Of a DNA stretch of 58,825 nt, positions 18,609 through 28,356 are shown piece after piece (positions within the stretch are counted from its first letter, which is position 1; each line of letters begins with the position of its first letter). The notes below the pieces were generated by a model. It saw only the letters and a list, made by a program, of their open reading frames with translations, did no database searches and was not told the DNA's origin. Origin of the DNA: a virus (taxonomy: Duplodnaviria; Caudoviricetes); IMG/VR virus record IMGVR_UViG_3300048996_000263, positions 1-58,825 of that record. One strand, written 5' to 3'. The position numbers and the translations under genes were made by a program.

Positions 18609-19040
18609 TCAGGTGGTGTGGGCCTTCAGCTCGGCGCGGATCAGGCACCGGCGCAGCGGAGACGCTGTCCCGCGTGAGGTATCGACGTCCTCGAGGGGAC
18701 CGTCGGTGACACGTCCGGAGTAGGACATGTTTTCGAACGTGACATTCCGCGCCCTGCCGAGAACTCGCCCCGCTTCTGCGGCGATCCTCCACACCAGGCG
18801 TCGCGCGTCTGGATAGCTCTTAGGCGCGTAGCCGTCCACTTGAACCAGTGGGGACCAAGCCACACCGTCGCCAGACAGAGAGAAGTTCCCTGGCGCCTGG
18901 ATGACCACAAACGGCGACGTGACGTCCAAAGGCGACTCGAAACCAACTCGCTCGGCTTGCGGTACTAGCCCGGCGAACACGGGGTCAGCGAGCAGAATTA
19001 CCCGGGCAGCGCCCGGGATCCATGGGAGGGACATGGTCAC
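18609..19040 (-). CDS. Tail terminator
   Basis: PLVQVDGYA motif; synteny. Confidence 0.7.
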   Translation of the reverse strand: MTMSLPWIPGAARVILLADPVFAGLVPQAERVGFESPLDVTSPFVVIQAPGNFSLSGDGVAWSPLVQVDGYAPKSYPDARRLVWRIAAEAGRVLGRARNVTFENMSYSGRVTDGPLEDVDTSRGTASPLRRCLIRAELKAHTT

Positions 19041-19345
19041 CCCCTGGGTTGCATCCCGCTGTACTTCCCGTACTGCCGTGCCGCGTCAGTGAGAGTGGCG
19101 TGTGCTGGAGTGTCAGCTGTGCCGTACTCCTTGAACCCGGCCTCGGGGTCTTCGTCGACAACGGACACATCGTCTCCGCTGACTTTCACGCCGATCCCGC
19201 CGCGGTATTCACCGGTCAGGACCGGGGCGTTGCTGATCGCGGTGCGAGCTACCTGTTCCGCGATCTTGCCGCGTTCCTCGGTGGAGATCTTCCGCGCCTC
19301 GCGGATCGCTTCGGCTTCGTAGACCGTGACCCGGATTCCGGCCAC
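19037..19345 (-). CDS. HK97 gp10-like tail completion protein
   Basis: NAPVLTGEYR...KEYGTADTPAHATL motif. Confidence 0.8.
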   Translation of the reverse strand: MAGIRVTVYEAEAIREARKISTEERGKIAEQVARTAISNAPVLTGEYRGGIGVKVSGDDVSVVDEDPEAGFKEYGTADTPAHATLTDAARQYGKYSGMQPRG

Positions 19346-19347
19346 GT

Positions 19348-19677
19348 CTACACCTGGTAGGCGATGTACGTGATCGTGCTCACCGACGCGGTGAACGTGA
19401 CCACGCTTCCGTAGTACGACACCGGGAATCCGCCGACGACCTTCGTCTGCGCACCGGTGAGCGTGTACACGACCGACGCCGGCGCCTGGCCGTCCACGTA
19501 CACCGAAGCTGGGAAGCTCACGGTCACGGTGCCGCCGGCCGAGGAGGTCAGCTCGAGGATGAGGGTGCCGCCGTTGATGGCCGAGTTTCCGTTGACGTTG
19601 TCGCATGCCACCGGGGTCGGCTTCACCAAAGCGGTCTTGTGGTCGAGGTTGTTCACGGTCACCGCGGTTGCGGGCAT
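19348..19677 (-). CDS. Putative structural protein (109 aa)
   Basis: Strong RBS, beta-rich, in head-tail cluster. Confidence 0.65.
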   Translation of the reverse strand: MPATAVTVNNLDHKTALVKPTPVACDNVNGNSAINGGTLILELTSSAGGTVTVSFPASVYVDGQAPASVVYTLTGAQTKVVGGFPVSYYGSVVTFTASVSTITYIAYQV

Positions 19678-19686
19678 GGCGTACTC

Positions 19687-20046
19687 CTATTGCATGTCGG
19701 AGATGAGCCGCGCCGCGGCGGCGCGGAACAGGGGTTTGTGGAATGGCCGGTCGGCAACGTCACCGGTGATCTGGAAGACGCGCTCGGTGCCGTCCTCGGT
19801 GACCACTCTGGATGTGGAATCCATTGGCACGTCCGCGGTAACGAGGACCGACCAGAGGCTGATGACCGTGTTCTGGTCGGCCAGCAGCTCGACTTGGGAG
19901 CCGACGTTAGCTACGGCGACCTGGCTTAGCCTTGCCCTCGTCTGAACGATCGTCGCCGGACCGGCCGTCTGCAGGCCCGTTGCCGGGTCCACTGTCGACT
20001 TCCACGGCGTTTCCACTCTCACCGGAGTCGGTAGTTTCGGTCGCAC
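19687..20046 (-). CDS. Head-to-tail stopper / closure protein
   Basis: GGAGG RBS before GTG; VDPATG...FQITGDV pattern; synteny. Confidence 0.7.
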   Translation of the reverse strand: MRPKLPTPVRVETPWKSTVDPATGLQTAGPATIVQTRARLSQVAVANVGSQVELLADQNTVISLWSVLVTADVPMDSTSRVVTEDGTERVFQITGDVADRPFHKPLFRAAAARLISDMQ

Positions 20047-20179
20047 TGGCCGCCTCCTCTGCGAGAGTCAGCGAGCCGTCGGCGAGTCCATCCCGCAGGA
20101 TCGGACTGCCGGACCCGTAGTAGTGGACGTTTCCCTTGCCATCCTTGACGACGGTCACGGTTGGTTCGGACATACTCAC
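19907..20179 (-). CDS. Small hypothetical protein overlapping the stopper gene
   Basis: Coupled to the adaptor stop; C-terminal 140 nt overlap the next gene in another frame. Confidence 0.5.
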   Translation of the reverse strand: MSMSEPTVTVVKDGKGNVHYYGSGSPILRDGLADGSLTLAEEAASATETTDSGESGNAVEVDSGPGNGPADGRSGDDRSDEGKAKPGRRS

Positions 20180-20556
20180 CCCGGGACGATTGAGAAGGCA
20201 CGAGCACGGCCCTCGGTTTCAGGAGTCAGGTCAGCCAGTTCGTCATCGGTCAACGACAAACCAGCAGCGGCCGCTTTGGATAGCCGATAGGACCACTCCG
20301 GGTAGGTCTCCGACTCGACGCCGGCGCCGTGCTCGATGGAATTTATGAGCCGGGCGACCACCTGAACGGTGACCGCCCGAACCCATTCCGCGTCCAACTT
20401 GCCGGCGGCGATCCACGAATCGATCAGCGGACGACGCTTCCGGATCAGCAACGAGACATCACCGAGCAGGGCCTCCATCTGTGCGATGTCGCCCTGTTCG
20501 GTGATCTTCACATTGAGCCGGGTCTCGTAGTCCTCAACTTCCGCGAACGCCTCCAT
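20176..20556 (-). CDS. Head-to-tail adaptor
   Basis: FA.VED...LL.DVS.LI...V.AV...VVAR...SET..YS...L.LTDDEL..L pattern. Confidence 0.8.
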   Translation of the reverse strand: MEAFAEVEDYETRLNVKITEQGDIAQMEALLGDVSLLIRKRRPLIDSWIAAGKLDAEWVRAVTVQVVARLINSIEHGAGVESETYPEWSYRLSKAAAAGLSLTDDELADLTPETEGRARAFSIVPG

Positions 20557-20559
20557 CGG

Positions 20560-20895
20560 CTACTCCTCGTCGGCGAGGTCGACCGCGGCGATGATGTCGT
20601 CGCGGTTCATGTCGTCCTCGACGTCGATGTCCCGGACTTTGGCGTAGTCGGCCCACTTGTCGCGAGACGCGTTGCCGCGCGGCCGCTCGAGAACCTGCTC
20701 CACCTCGACCTTGACCGGGGTTTCGGGGATCAGATCCCCGTCATCCAGCTGCCGCACCGGGACTTCCTGCGACTCGGGGTCGACTTCCCACACCTTGGGG
20801 TTGTCGATGAGGTCCGCGATCTCGTCCGGGACATTGCCCGGACCGTGCCACGAACCGTCGACGAAGACCCAGGTGTTGAGACGCTTTCCCATCAC
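20560..20895 (-). CDS. Capsid-adjacent protein with C-terminal HeH-like helical motif
   Basis: GP..VP....I.NPKVW; PRGNASRDKW.DYA...MNRDDII. Confidence 0.65.
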   Translation of the reverse strand: MMGKRLNTWVFVDGSWHGPGNVPDEIADLIDNPKVWEVDPESQEVPVRQLDDGDLIPETPVKVEVEQVLERPRGNASRDKWADYAKVRDIDVEDDMNRDDIIAAVDLADEE

Positions 20896-20901
20896 AGCCC
20901 C

Positions 20902-21918
20902 CTACGCGACGTCGGCGACGAACGACAGGTCCGGGTCTCCCAGGATCGGGATGCCGATCGCGGAACCGATCGTGAACACCCGGATCGGTGTCGTGGACTG
21001 CTTGAACGCACCCACCACCACGCCAGGGTGATCCGCCGGAGCGATGCCGTACTGCGACTCCTGCGCTTCGAGCGTGGTGCCCCACAAAGTGGCGCCCAGC
21101 TCGGTGCCGTCCGGCGGCAGGAACAGCAGCTTGTCATCCGCGATGACCCTGCGCGACACGCCGGTCTGGTCGATCGCGCGAGCGTCGAACACGCGGATCG
21201 CCGGCAGACCGAAGTCGGTCATCACCGCGTCCAGATCGGACCTTCGCACCTGCGTGACCGTGGATCCGACCGGCAGGACCATGGAACGGACCTGCGCGTT
21301 GCGCACCAGATAGTTCACGACCCGGGTCGAGGTCATGATCACACCTGGGGGCTGGCCGTTCGTGTCGACATACACGTCGCGCCATGCCTGCAGGTCATCG
21401 ATCGGAGTCGATGCGGCGAGGTTGGACCACAGGGTGACTGGCGCCACCGAGTGTGTCGCGAGGCGACCGAAGTCGACCTCGGCGACCACACCGTCCTCGT
21501 TCAGCGTGACCTTGCCCTCCACGAGGGCCTGGCCGCGCGCGAACTCGAACCGGGTGTCGATCGCGCGGGCGATCCTCGCTGCGTCACGCAGGAGCAGGTT
21601 CCGGATCTGCTCGTTGGCCTGACGCAACCGCAGCTGGTCGTACTCGCCCAGGACGTACTGCTGGCCGATGGCCGGCAGTTCGCCGGACACCCGGGTGAGG
21701 CCTTCGCGCTTCCCGAACCGAGGCTCGGCGTCGTAGGCCCGGAAGCTCGCCGCAGCCGCGAGACCGCCGCCACCGCGGTTGAATCGGTAGTTCAGGTCGT
21801 CCACCTGCTGGTGCGGCAGGATCTCGGACAGCTGCAGAGCGTTCTCCGGCCGGTCGGCCAGCGCCTCGCGGGCGTAGCCGGTCAACTCTGCCGGGGTGAT
21901 CAAGTCGAAGATGTCCAT
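20902..21918 (-). CDS. Major capsid protein (lambda gpE-like family)
   Basis: A.FRAYDAE, GELPAIG, R.E.ARGQAL, LG.TLWGTT.E motifs; 338 aa. Confidence 0.92.
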   Translation of the reverse strand: MDIFDLITPAELTGYAREALADRPENALQLSEILPHQQVDDLNYRFNRGGGGLAAAASFRAYDAEPRFGKREGLTRVSGELPAIGQQYVLGEYDQLRLRQANEQIRNLLLRDAARIARAIDTRFEFARGQALVEGKVTLNEDGVVAEVDFGRLATHSVAPVTLWSNLAASTPIDDLQAWRDVYVDTNGQPPGVIMTSTRVVNYLVRNAQVRSMVLPVGSTVTQVRRSDLDAVMTDFGLPAIRVFDARAIDQTGVSRRVIADDKLLFLPPDGTELGATLWGTTLEAQESQYGIAPADHPGVVVGAFKQSTTPIRVFTIGSAIGIPILGDPDLSFVADVA

Positions 21919-21930
21919 TGGTCACCCCTC

Positions 21931-22620
21931 TCAGTAGAAGATGATTCGGCCGGCCACGTCGGCCTTGCCGTTGGCGTCGATGGGCATGGGGAGCTTGGAG
22001 TTGACGACCTTGCAGTGGTCGAACATCGCGCCCACCACGTCCGTGGTCGTAGCCGCGGGAGCCTTCACGGAGAAGGCGAGGAAACCCCACAGGGTTTCCT
22101 GTCCGCCGCTGCCCTCGGTGCCGCCTGCGACGGTCGTGGCGACTGTCACGGTGCCGGTGCCGCCGGTCGGGGTGGTGGTCATCGCGGCGACGTTGCTGTC
22201 GGCGAGCGTGCCACCGAAGGTGACCGTCCACACGCCACCGGGCGAGCCAGTGACCGTCACGTCCCCGACGCCGATGTTCGACAGGGCCTCGAGTGCGGCC
22301 TGGACCTGAGCGGCTGTCGCGGCGGCAACCAGCGAGCTGGTGGTCTGACCGTTCCACGTGATCGTGAACGACGTCAGGCCCGAACCGCCAACGGTCAGCG
22401 TCTGCACTTCGTCGGTCACGCTGTACGGCCCGTACAGACCGGTCGCGGTGATCTTCGCCAAAGCGGTGCCGGACTTGAAGAAACCGTCCGGGTAGTGAAT
22501 CGATGGGGTGAACGCGGAGGTGTCGAGCGTGACGCTGACGGCCTCCCCGAGCCCGTGACGAGACGCCAGCCAGGACTGGTCGTCCACGCCGAACGTCTCG
22601 GTCCTCAAGCTGAGGTCCAT
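21931..22620 (-). CDS. Head decoration protein with inserted beta-rich domain
   Basis: DQSWL..HG...GFFKSGT.L.K...GLYGPY N-part, GFL...LP C-part; insert DEVQTLTV...VQAALEAL..IG.GDVTVTG. Confidence 0.8.
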   Translation of the reverse strand: MDLSLRTETFGVDDQSWLASRHGLGEAVSVTLDTSAFTPSIHYPDGFFKSGTALAKITATGLYGPYSVTDEVQTLTVGGSGLTSFTITWNGQTTSSLVAAATAAQVQAALEALSNIGVGDVTVTGSPGGVWTVTFGGTLADSNVAAMTTTPTGGTGTVTVATTVAGGTEGSGGQETLWGFLAFSVKAPAATTTDVVGAMFDHCKVVNSKLPMPIDANGKADVAGRIIFY

Positions 22621-22639
22621 GATGGATCCCTTTCAGGGA

Positions 22640-23257
22640 CTAGGATTTAGGTTTCTTGCGCTCCTGATAGAGAGCGCGCCCCGCGTTCACGTCAGCTTTT
22701 CCTGGCGCGGCGGGCGGTGTCCCCTGACCGGGGTTGGGCGCGAACGTGGGAACAGTGACCGCCTGCTTGACCAGATACGGCTTGTCCTCCGCGAGCTTGT
22801 TCACCATCGCCTTCACGGCGGCCTCATCGACGTCACCGGAGGCGGTCACAGGGATCTCGCCGAAGCGGGATTCCAGTTGAGCCACAGCGTCCGCCGAGTC
22901 GTTGAACCCAGCCGATGCCGCGGCCGCCTTGACCTCTGCTCGGATCAGGCGGGTGTTCGCCGTCGCGGCGACCTCCGCCTTGCCCTCTTCGCGCGCGGCG
23001 GCGAGAGCTTTCTCCTGATCGGTCTGGCCAGCTTCGCGGATCTGCCGCAGTTCTTCCTCGGCGGCGTCGGCGCGCTGCTTCTCCGCGGCGCGCTGCCGGT
23101 TCGCTTCCGCCGCGGCTTCACGCTCACGTTGGATAGCCGACCGGCCGCCTTCGTTCAATCCGTCGTCCGCGGGGGGCGTCGCGCCTCCACCGCCGGCCGG
23201 TTGACCGGGCTCGCCGTCACGAAGTAGCCGTGCACGCAGTTTCTTGGTGGTGAACAT
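22640..23257 (-). CDS. Capsid scaffolding protein
   Basis: Charged coiled coil, F.D..DAV, L...KPYL; position before decoration/capsid genes. Confidence 0.8.
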   Translation of the reverse strand: MFTTKKLRARLLRDGEPGQPAGGGGATPPADDGLNEGGRSAIQREREAAAEANRQRAAEKQRADAAEEELRQIREAGQTDQEKALAAAREEGKAEVAATANTRLIRAEVKAAAASAGFNDSADAVAQLESRFGEIPVTASGDVDEAAVKAMVNKLAEDKPYLVKQAVTVPTFAPNPGQGTPPAAPGKADVNAGRALYQERKKPKS

Positions 23258-23324
23258 GCTTGTCCTCGCCATTGGGCACCGCGCGTCACGCGTCGGGCCG
23301 TGGAACTGCTCCACCCATCACGGG

Positions 23325-24347
23325 TCACAGCAGGTATGCGAAGCGCCGGAGTTGTCGCAACGTCTCGGCGCGGTCCCAGCCGAATTCCTCGGCCAGGCGG
23401 TAGATCTCGTCCGGCAACAGCCGGGGAGCTTTAGCGGTACTCAGACGATTTCCCCGCAGCTTCTCCAGTTCGGAGTCCGGGCGCCGTCGCAGCGTCCCGT
23501 CCTCCAAAACCTCGTAGCCGCCGAACGTGGCCCGTCTAGTGGTGCCCACAGTGGTCACTTGGATCTCGCGACCGAACATGGTCACGGTCTTCACGCCCTG
23601 CTCGGCGTTCACGACCTGGTTCATGGTCTTCGACGACCCACCCGAGTGACGGATCGCTCGGGCGTTGCCAGCGCCGAACACCTTGTCCTGCTCCTGAGTG
23701 GACAGGGAACGGAAGAATGTCTTCGGGTTGGTTGCCCAGTTGCCCGAGTTCTCGCCAGCCGGGATGTTCCTGCAGTCGCAGTTGCGGTGACGTTTGAACG
23801 CCACCATCGACCGTGACCGCTTTCCGGCGAGAATGGCGCAGCGTGCGCAGGTTTTCCCGGTCAGCATCCGCACGTACCACTGGACGGCCGGCCTGGATAT
23901 CATCGCCGCCTGCACTGCGGACCGGTCGGTGTCCTGCATTCCGGACAGGACAATGGAGCTGGACAGATACCGGACCCGGCTGTTCAACGCTTCGCTGGAC
24001 AGGCCTTGTTTCGGGATGGCGTTGACGGCATGCACCAGATTCAGGAGCCAACTGCCGCCGCCGTCGGTGAAGTCCATCCACGCATCCGGGATCACCGTCG
24101 CTTCAGCGGCGAGCGATTCGCCTTGCGCGTCGAGGATCTCGTCCAGGTAGCCGTCCGCCGCGCCCGCCGCCGCAACTTGCAGTGTTAGGAGGTTGGGGCC
24201 GATGCGGGCGACCGCGTCCCGCCACGCCTCCGGGTTACGCGCCCGGTTCGTGATGGACAGCGTCACGCCGACGGCTTGCTCAGCGAGCGCGGCTTGTTCG
24301 GCCGCGTGCCGCTGGGCGACCCTAAGAACCTGCGCCGGCGGCGGCAC
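23325..24347 (-). CDS. Minor capsid / head maturation protein (MuF-like)
   Basis: YVRML...CARCAILAG...FKRHRNCDC.NIP motif after portal. Confidence 0.8.
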   Translation of the reverse strand: MPPPAQVLRVAQRHAAEQAALAEQAVGVTLSITNRARNPEAWRDAVARIGPNLLTLQVAAAGAADGYLDEILDAQGESLAAEATVIPDAWMDFTDGGGSWLLNLVHAVNAIPKQGLSSEALNSRVRYLSSSIVLSGMQDTDRSAVQAAMISRPAVQWYVRMLTGKTCARCAILAGKRSRSMVAFKRHRNCDCRNIPAGENSGNWATNPKTFFRSLSTQEQDKVFGAGNARAIRHSGGSSKTMNQVVNAEQGVKTVTMFGREIQVTTVGTTRRATFGGYEVLEDGTLRRRPDSELEKLRGNRLSTAKAPRLLPDEIYRLAEEFGWDRAETLRQLRRFAYLL

Positions 24348-25722
24348 CGGTCACCTCAGCCTGACGGACCCGATCGATAATGGCCCTCGGGTCCTGTGGC
24401 TGGCCAGCGGCACGATCACGCATCGCCTTACGCTGACCATCGGTCAGGCCGTAGAGCTCCTGCGCCAGCTCCGTGTCCGCCAATCCTTCTGCGTGCAGCT
24501 TCACCGCGGCGTCAGCCTTCTGGGCCTGCGTTGGTGTCGCCGGGTCGCGCCATACGGTTTCGATCCGATCACCGCCGGCCGGGTCGCGTTCCATGATGGC
24601 CAGCACGATCCGCTGAACCTGCTCGTGCGGATCCTCCAGAACGACCTGGCCACGCTCGGCGCGTTTGATCAGCCTGGCCTCGGACGCCTTGATGCCCTCC
24701 GCCGAGGCGGGGTTGTCGGCGAAGTAGCCCATGTACTGCTGCGGCAGGCCGTACACCGAGCCGGCGAGGTTCGCCAGCTGCTTGATGGAGTTGTGGAAGT
24801 TCGTCATGTCCGCTGCGGAGAACTGGCCGACCTTGATGTTCTTGTCCTCTTCGGTCGATTCGCCGCGCAACGCCCATACCGCGCCGGTCGCGATCATCCA
24901 CGCCGGCAGAGGCTTGCCGTTCGAGTCGACGAAGTCCTCTTCCCGCGCGCCGATCGCCCATTTCCTCGGCAGGGCATGGTGCTCGAGGCCGGCCATCATG
25001 TTCGTCGCGGTCTGGTTCACTGCGTTCGCCAAAGACATGATGTCCCGCAACTCCGTGCGCCCAACGCCGCGCCGCGGCTTCCACGTCACCGGGACCACCG
25101 GGACGAGCGGGGATGTCTGGTGGTGCTCGAGCGCGGAAGTCCATTCGGTGGACGAAGACGAGATCGGCTTGCCTCGCTCGAACTCGATCATCCGGCCGGG
25201 CAGCATCAGCAGCCCGCGGTCCTCACCCAGCAAACCGGGAAAGTCCGGGTCATCAGGCCACACCTTCAGTGCAGCAACGACACGACGCGAACGCGGGTCG
25301 ACCTCGACCGAAACCTGGTCCGGGTATTCCACTGTCACCAGCGGATACCGTCCCTCACCGGGGCCGACCATCATGTACGCCTCGCGCGTCACCATCGACG
25401 CGACATGCAGCTCGGTTGCACGGGCGTCCATGTTGTTCGCCTGCCACGTACCTGCTAGGTCGTCGTCAGCCGAGTCGTCCCCGTTCAACCGGAAACCCTC
25501 GATCGTCAACCGCTCCTCAAGAGCGTCGATCACCAGAGCCGACCAGTTGACGCGCAACGCCGGGAACCTGTCCTGCTGTTCCCGGATGATCCGCGCGACG
25601 TAATGAAGGGCCTGCTCGCCGTCGTAGTAGGCCCACATTTCCGTCTGCCGCATCAAGTCGCACGTGCGGCGGAGGTTCAACCGAGCGAACCACTGCTGAT
25701 CGGTGAGGTCGGACAGTTTCAC
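24322..25722 (-). CDS. Portal protein (SPP1 gp6-like)
   Basis: YYDGEQ, NWSALVID, A.P.KW..G, NPASAE, W.DP.TPT motifs. Confidence 0.92.
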   Translation of the reverse strand: MKLSDLTDQQWFARLNLRRTCDLMRQTEMWAYYDGEQALHYVARIIREQQDRFPALRVNWSALVIDALEERLTIEGFRLNGDDSADDDLAGTWQANNMDARATELHVASMVTREAYMMVGPGEGRYPLVTVEYPDQVSVEVDPRSRRVVAALKVWPDDPDFPGLLGEDRGLLMLPGRMIEFERGKPISSSSTEWTSALEHHQTSPLVPVVPVTWKPRRGVGRTELRDIMSLANAVNQTATNMMAGLEHHALPRKWAIGAREEDFVDSNGKPLPAWMIATGAVWALRGESTEEDKNIKVGQFSAADMTNFHNSIKQLANLAGSVYGLPQQYMGYFADNPASAEGIKASEARLIKRAERGQVVLEDPHEQVQRIVLAIMERDPAGGDRIETVWRDPATPTQAQKADAAVKLHAEGLADTELAQELYGLTDGQRKAMRDRAAGQPQDPRAIIDRVRQAEVTGAAAGAGS

Positions 25723-25735
25723 GCCTCACCCCTTT

Positions 25736-27376
25736 TCAGTTCAGCACCATCACCTTGCGGCGTCCTGGTGGCTTGTTCGCGCCGGCGGCAACCGCGTCAC
25801 AGCGCGCTTCGTGCGCGAGGACCGTGCACATCGCGAGGTCGATCTTCTGGCTCTCCGACGGTTTCCCGAGGATGTAGTGATCGCCCGGCTTGGGCACACG
25901 GCGCGCATTACCGATGTGCAGGTCGGTCGACTTGCATCCGTCCTGCGTGATCACAGTGGACAGGTCAGTCACGAACCGTTTCAGCGACGCGTGCATCGCC
26001 GGGATCCGGTTCGTCTCCCACTTCACGACCCGCTTCTCACCGAACTTCAGCTGAAGGCCCTCGATATCGGTCTTCCACTCCCGCACGTCGCAGTAGGCCC
26101 GGACAACGACGAACCGACGGAACAGCTCGTCGAACGCAGCGAGGACTTCGCTGCGAGGGATCTCACCCTCGAATAGTCCCGGGTCCCAAAACGTCGGCAG
26201 CTCGTCGGGCCCGTACGTGGGTGTGAAGCTGTACCCGTCCAAGGTCTCTGCGCGGATGCCGGTCCAGTCGCTCGAGTCTGAACCGTCAAACCCGAGGCAC
26301 ACCTTCGTCTTGTCCGGCACGAACAGCGACCGCTTCCGGCCGTCCCACAGACCATCCTTCAACCATGTGCCGGCGCCGGACTTCGCGCGGTTCCCGAAGA
26401 ACCGCTCGGCCTGTCCAGGGTCGACCTCGAGTAGCTCGGCGGCTTCGGCCTCGATCGAGTCGAGGTCGATGTGACCGCCGCGCTCCTTGAGTGACTCGCC
26501 GTACACGTGGACGTGGATGCGGCGTCGTTCCCGCTTGTCCCGGTACGACAGTCCCTTGGGAGCTTGCGGGTGGTAGCGGAAAATGTCGGTCCGGGTGGAC
26601 TCCGCGGTGCGTTGCGCCACCGACTTGTCCGCCGGCGACCAAGCGTTCGTCGTCTCCTCCGCCCGGCCGCCCATGCCAGCCAGGCCGCGCCGCTGGGTCT
26701 CGGCGACTTTCACCATCCGGTTCGTCTCCGTCCAAATCCCCGTCTCGTCCTGGGGAACGAACGTCACACGCTGACCCAGCCGGGACTGCGCCGAGCTCGT
26801 CACCACATCAATGCGACCGTCGTTCGGGAGGCGAATGAACTCCTCGCCCGTCTTCGGGATCACGTCCCGCAATGGGCCTTGCTCGATCATCGGCCGCAAC
26901 GCCGCGTACACGTTGTCGGTCTGCTCCTCCGACGTCGCCGTGATTTGGATCAGTGGTGTCGGCCACGGCATGCCCATCGGCTCGCCCGGCTGGTACTCGT
27001 ACACCCAGCCACAGTCACAACCATGGTCACTGCAGTCGTACGTCTCGCCACCCTGCGCCCAGCCCGCGAACAGTGCCGGCCCGACGCCTTCAAGGCAGAC
27101 ATGCGCCGCGGTGTAGGGGCCCTTGCCCGCCTTTTGCGGAAGAACCACCTGCGACCGGCGATAGAAGAACGCCGGCGCGAGGACTGGATTGTTCGGCACC
27201 CACAACGCATCCGGCTTCACGCGGTAGAAGTTCGCGAAACACCAACCCTGCCACCCCAACAACTTGAACGGGCTTCCCTTGCGGAACCCGTCCGGAATGA
27301 CACAGTGCGCCTCGACCCAATCCAGCGACACCCACAACGTGGGGAAGTCAATGACGAACTCAGGCTCCGTCTGCAT
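25736..27376 (-). CDS. terL: Terminase large subunit
   Basis: Walker A PQKAGKG, Walker B QDE, TTNA, LGFDGS, KID nuclease motifs. Confidence 0.95.
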   Translation of the reverse strand: MQTEPEFVIDFPTLWVSLDWVEAHCVIPDGFRKGSPFKLLGWQGWCFANFYRVKPDALWVPNNPVLAPAFFYRRSQVVLPQKAGKGPYTAAHVCLEGVGPALFAGWAQGGETYDCSDHGCDCGWVYEYQPGEPMGMPWPTPLIQITATSEEQTDNVYAALRPMIEQGPLRDVIPKTGEEFIRLPNDGRIDVVTSSAQSRLGQRVTFVPQDETGIWTETNRMVKVAETQRRGLAGMGGRAEETTNAWSPADKSVAQRTAESTRTDIFRYHPQAPKGLSYRDKRERRRIHVHVYGESLKERGGHIDLDSIEAEAAELLEVDPGQAERFFGNRAKSGAGTWLKDGLWDGRKRSLFVPDKTKVCLGFDGSDSSDWTGIRAETLDGYSFTPTYGPDELPTFWDPGLFEGEIPRSEVLAAFDELFRRFVVVRAYCDVREWKTDIEGLQLKFGEKRVVKWETNRIPAMHASLKRFVTDLSTVITQDGCKSTDLHIGNARRVPKPGDHYILGKPSESQKIDLAMCTVLAHEARCDAVAAGANKPPGRRKVMVLN

Positions 27377-27815
27377 CGGGCACGACCTTGAACCGGTCCC
27401 GCGCGGACGGCTGCCGCGTCACCTTGGCCTTCGGCTTCGACTGCTCGGCCGCGGCGATCCGCCACCGGTTGTTCCGCAACCCCGGGGTCGTCAACCCCAA
27501 CGAGTCCGACATCTGCCGAACCAACGTCGACAAGTTCACGCTCGACGCCTGGAACTCGGCCTCGGCGAACCGGCGAACGTACAGCGCCACCTCGAGTTCC
27601 TGGCCGTACCGATCCCACATCAACGCCTGCGGCTTCGCCCACAACTTGACCCACAGGCTTGTCTCGCGATCGGACTGAGAATCGAACGGCCACTCCGGTG
27701 CGGGACCGGACCGGCCTGCCGGCGGCAGGATCGTCCACTCCCCAGCATCTCGCTCCCGAGCCAGAGCATTCGGATCCGGAGGAGGACCAGAATTCGTCCG
27801 AGCACCACCCCTCAT
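27360..27815 (-). CDS. terS: Terminase small subunit
   Basis: RGGAR..SGPPPDPNAL, W..LW.KPQA..W, LGLT..G motifs; overlaps terL. Confidence 0.88.
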   Translation of the reverse strand: MRGGARTNSGPPPDPNALARERDAGEWTILPPAGRSGPAPEWPFDSQSDRETSLWVKLWAKPQALMWDRYGQELEVALYVRRFAEAEFQASSVNLSTLVRQMSDSLGLTTPGLRNNRWRIAAAEQSKPKAKVTRQPSARDRFKVVPDADGA

Positions 27816-27829
27816 GATCACCACCCCCT

Positions 27830-27960
27830 GATCAAGTTCTGAACCCTCCGGACCCGCGAGACGCCTTGCTCACGGCGGGGCGTCGTGGGTGGGGGAGAGT
27901 GGTCTCCCCTGGGGGGTGCTATTTGATCTTGAGGTGATCCACTTCAAGATCCATTGCAGC
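27830..27960. other. Probable cos (packaging) region
   Basis: Non-coding gap between HNH and terS with G/C runs (CCCCAGGGGAGACC), the usual cos location; exact overhang not determined. Confidence 0.45.
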
Positions 27961-28013
27961 GTTACGGAACGGCGTCACGCCACAGGTGTGCACCCCGTGC
28001 CTCCGACCTTGGG

Positions 28014-28355
28014 TCACCGTCGCGCTGCCTTGCGGCTGTTCGCCGATCGACACAGCACTCGTAGTGGTCCGTCGGGTGAACCACCTGCAGCTACCGGTGT
28101 GACGTGGTCCGCGGTCAGGTCAGTGGACACGTGAGGGTCGTGGCCTTGTGTCTCATCACCTGGGCACCAGTCGCCGTGCTGTCGCCTGTGTGCTGCGACC
28201 ACTGCTGCTCGGCGTTGGCGTTCGTGGTGTGAGCGTGTGGCCTTGGTCGGGACCGTGCGGTGCTGGTGTGCGTTGTGCGCCTTGGCGTGAGCACGGCACT
28301 GGCCGCGGTAGGCGGAGTACTCGGGGCAGCCCGGCCTGGAGCAGACGCCGGACAT
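28014..28355 (-). CDS. HNH endonuclease (packaging-associated)
   Basis: C..PGC...C..H N-terminus; LTADHVTP...GG...VLCRSANSRK. Confidence 0.85.
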   Translation of the reverse strand: MSGVCSRPGCPEYSAYRGQCRAHAKAHNAHQHRTVPTKATRSHHERQRRAAVVAAHRRQHGDWCPGDETQGHDPHVSTDLTADHVTPVAAGGSPDGPLRVLCRSANSRKAARR

Positions 28356-28356
28356 G

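Noticed and set aside
20329-22650. 773-aa plus-strand ORF (and similar long ORFs at 8533, 14573, 24193, 49375, 57644)
   Set aside because: Antisense shadows of real genes caused by high-GC codon bias; no RBS or recognisable motifs.
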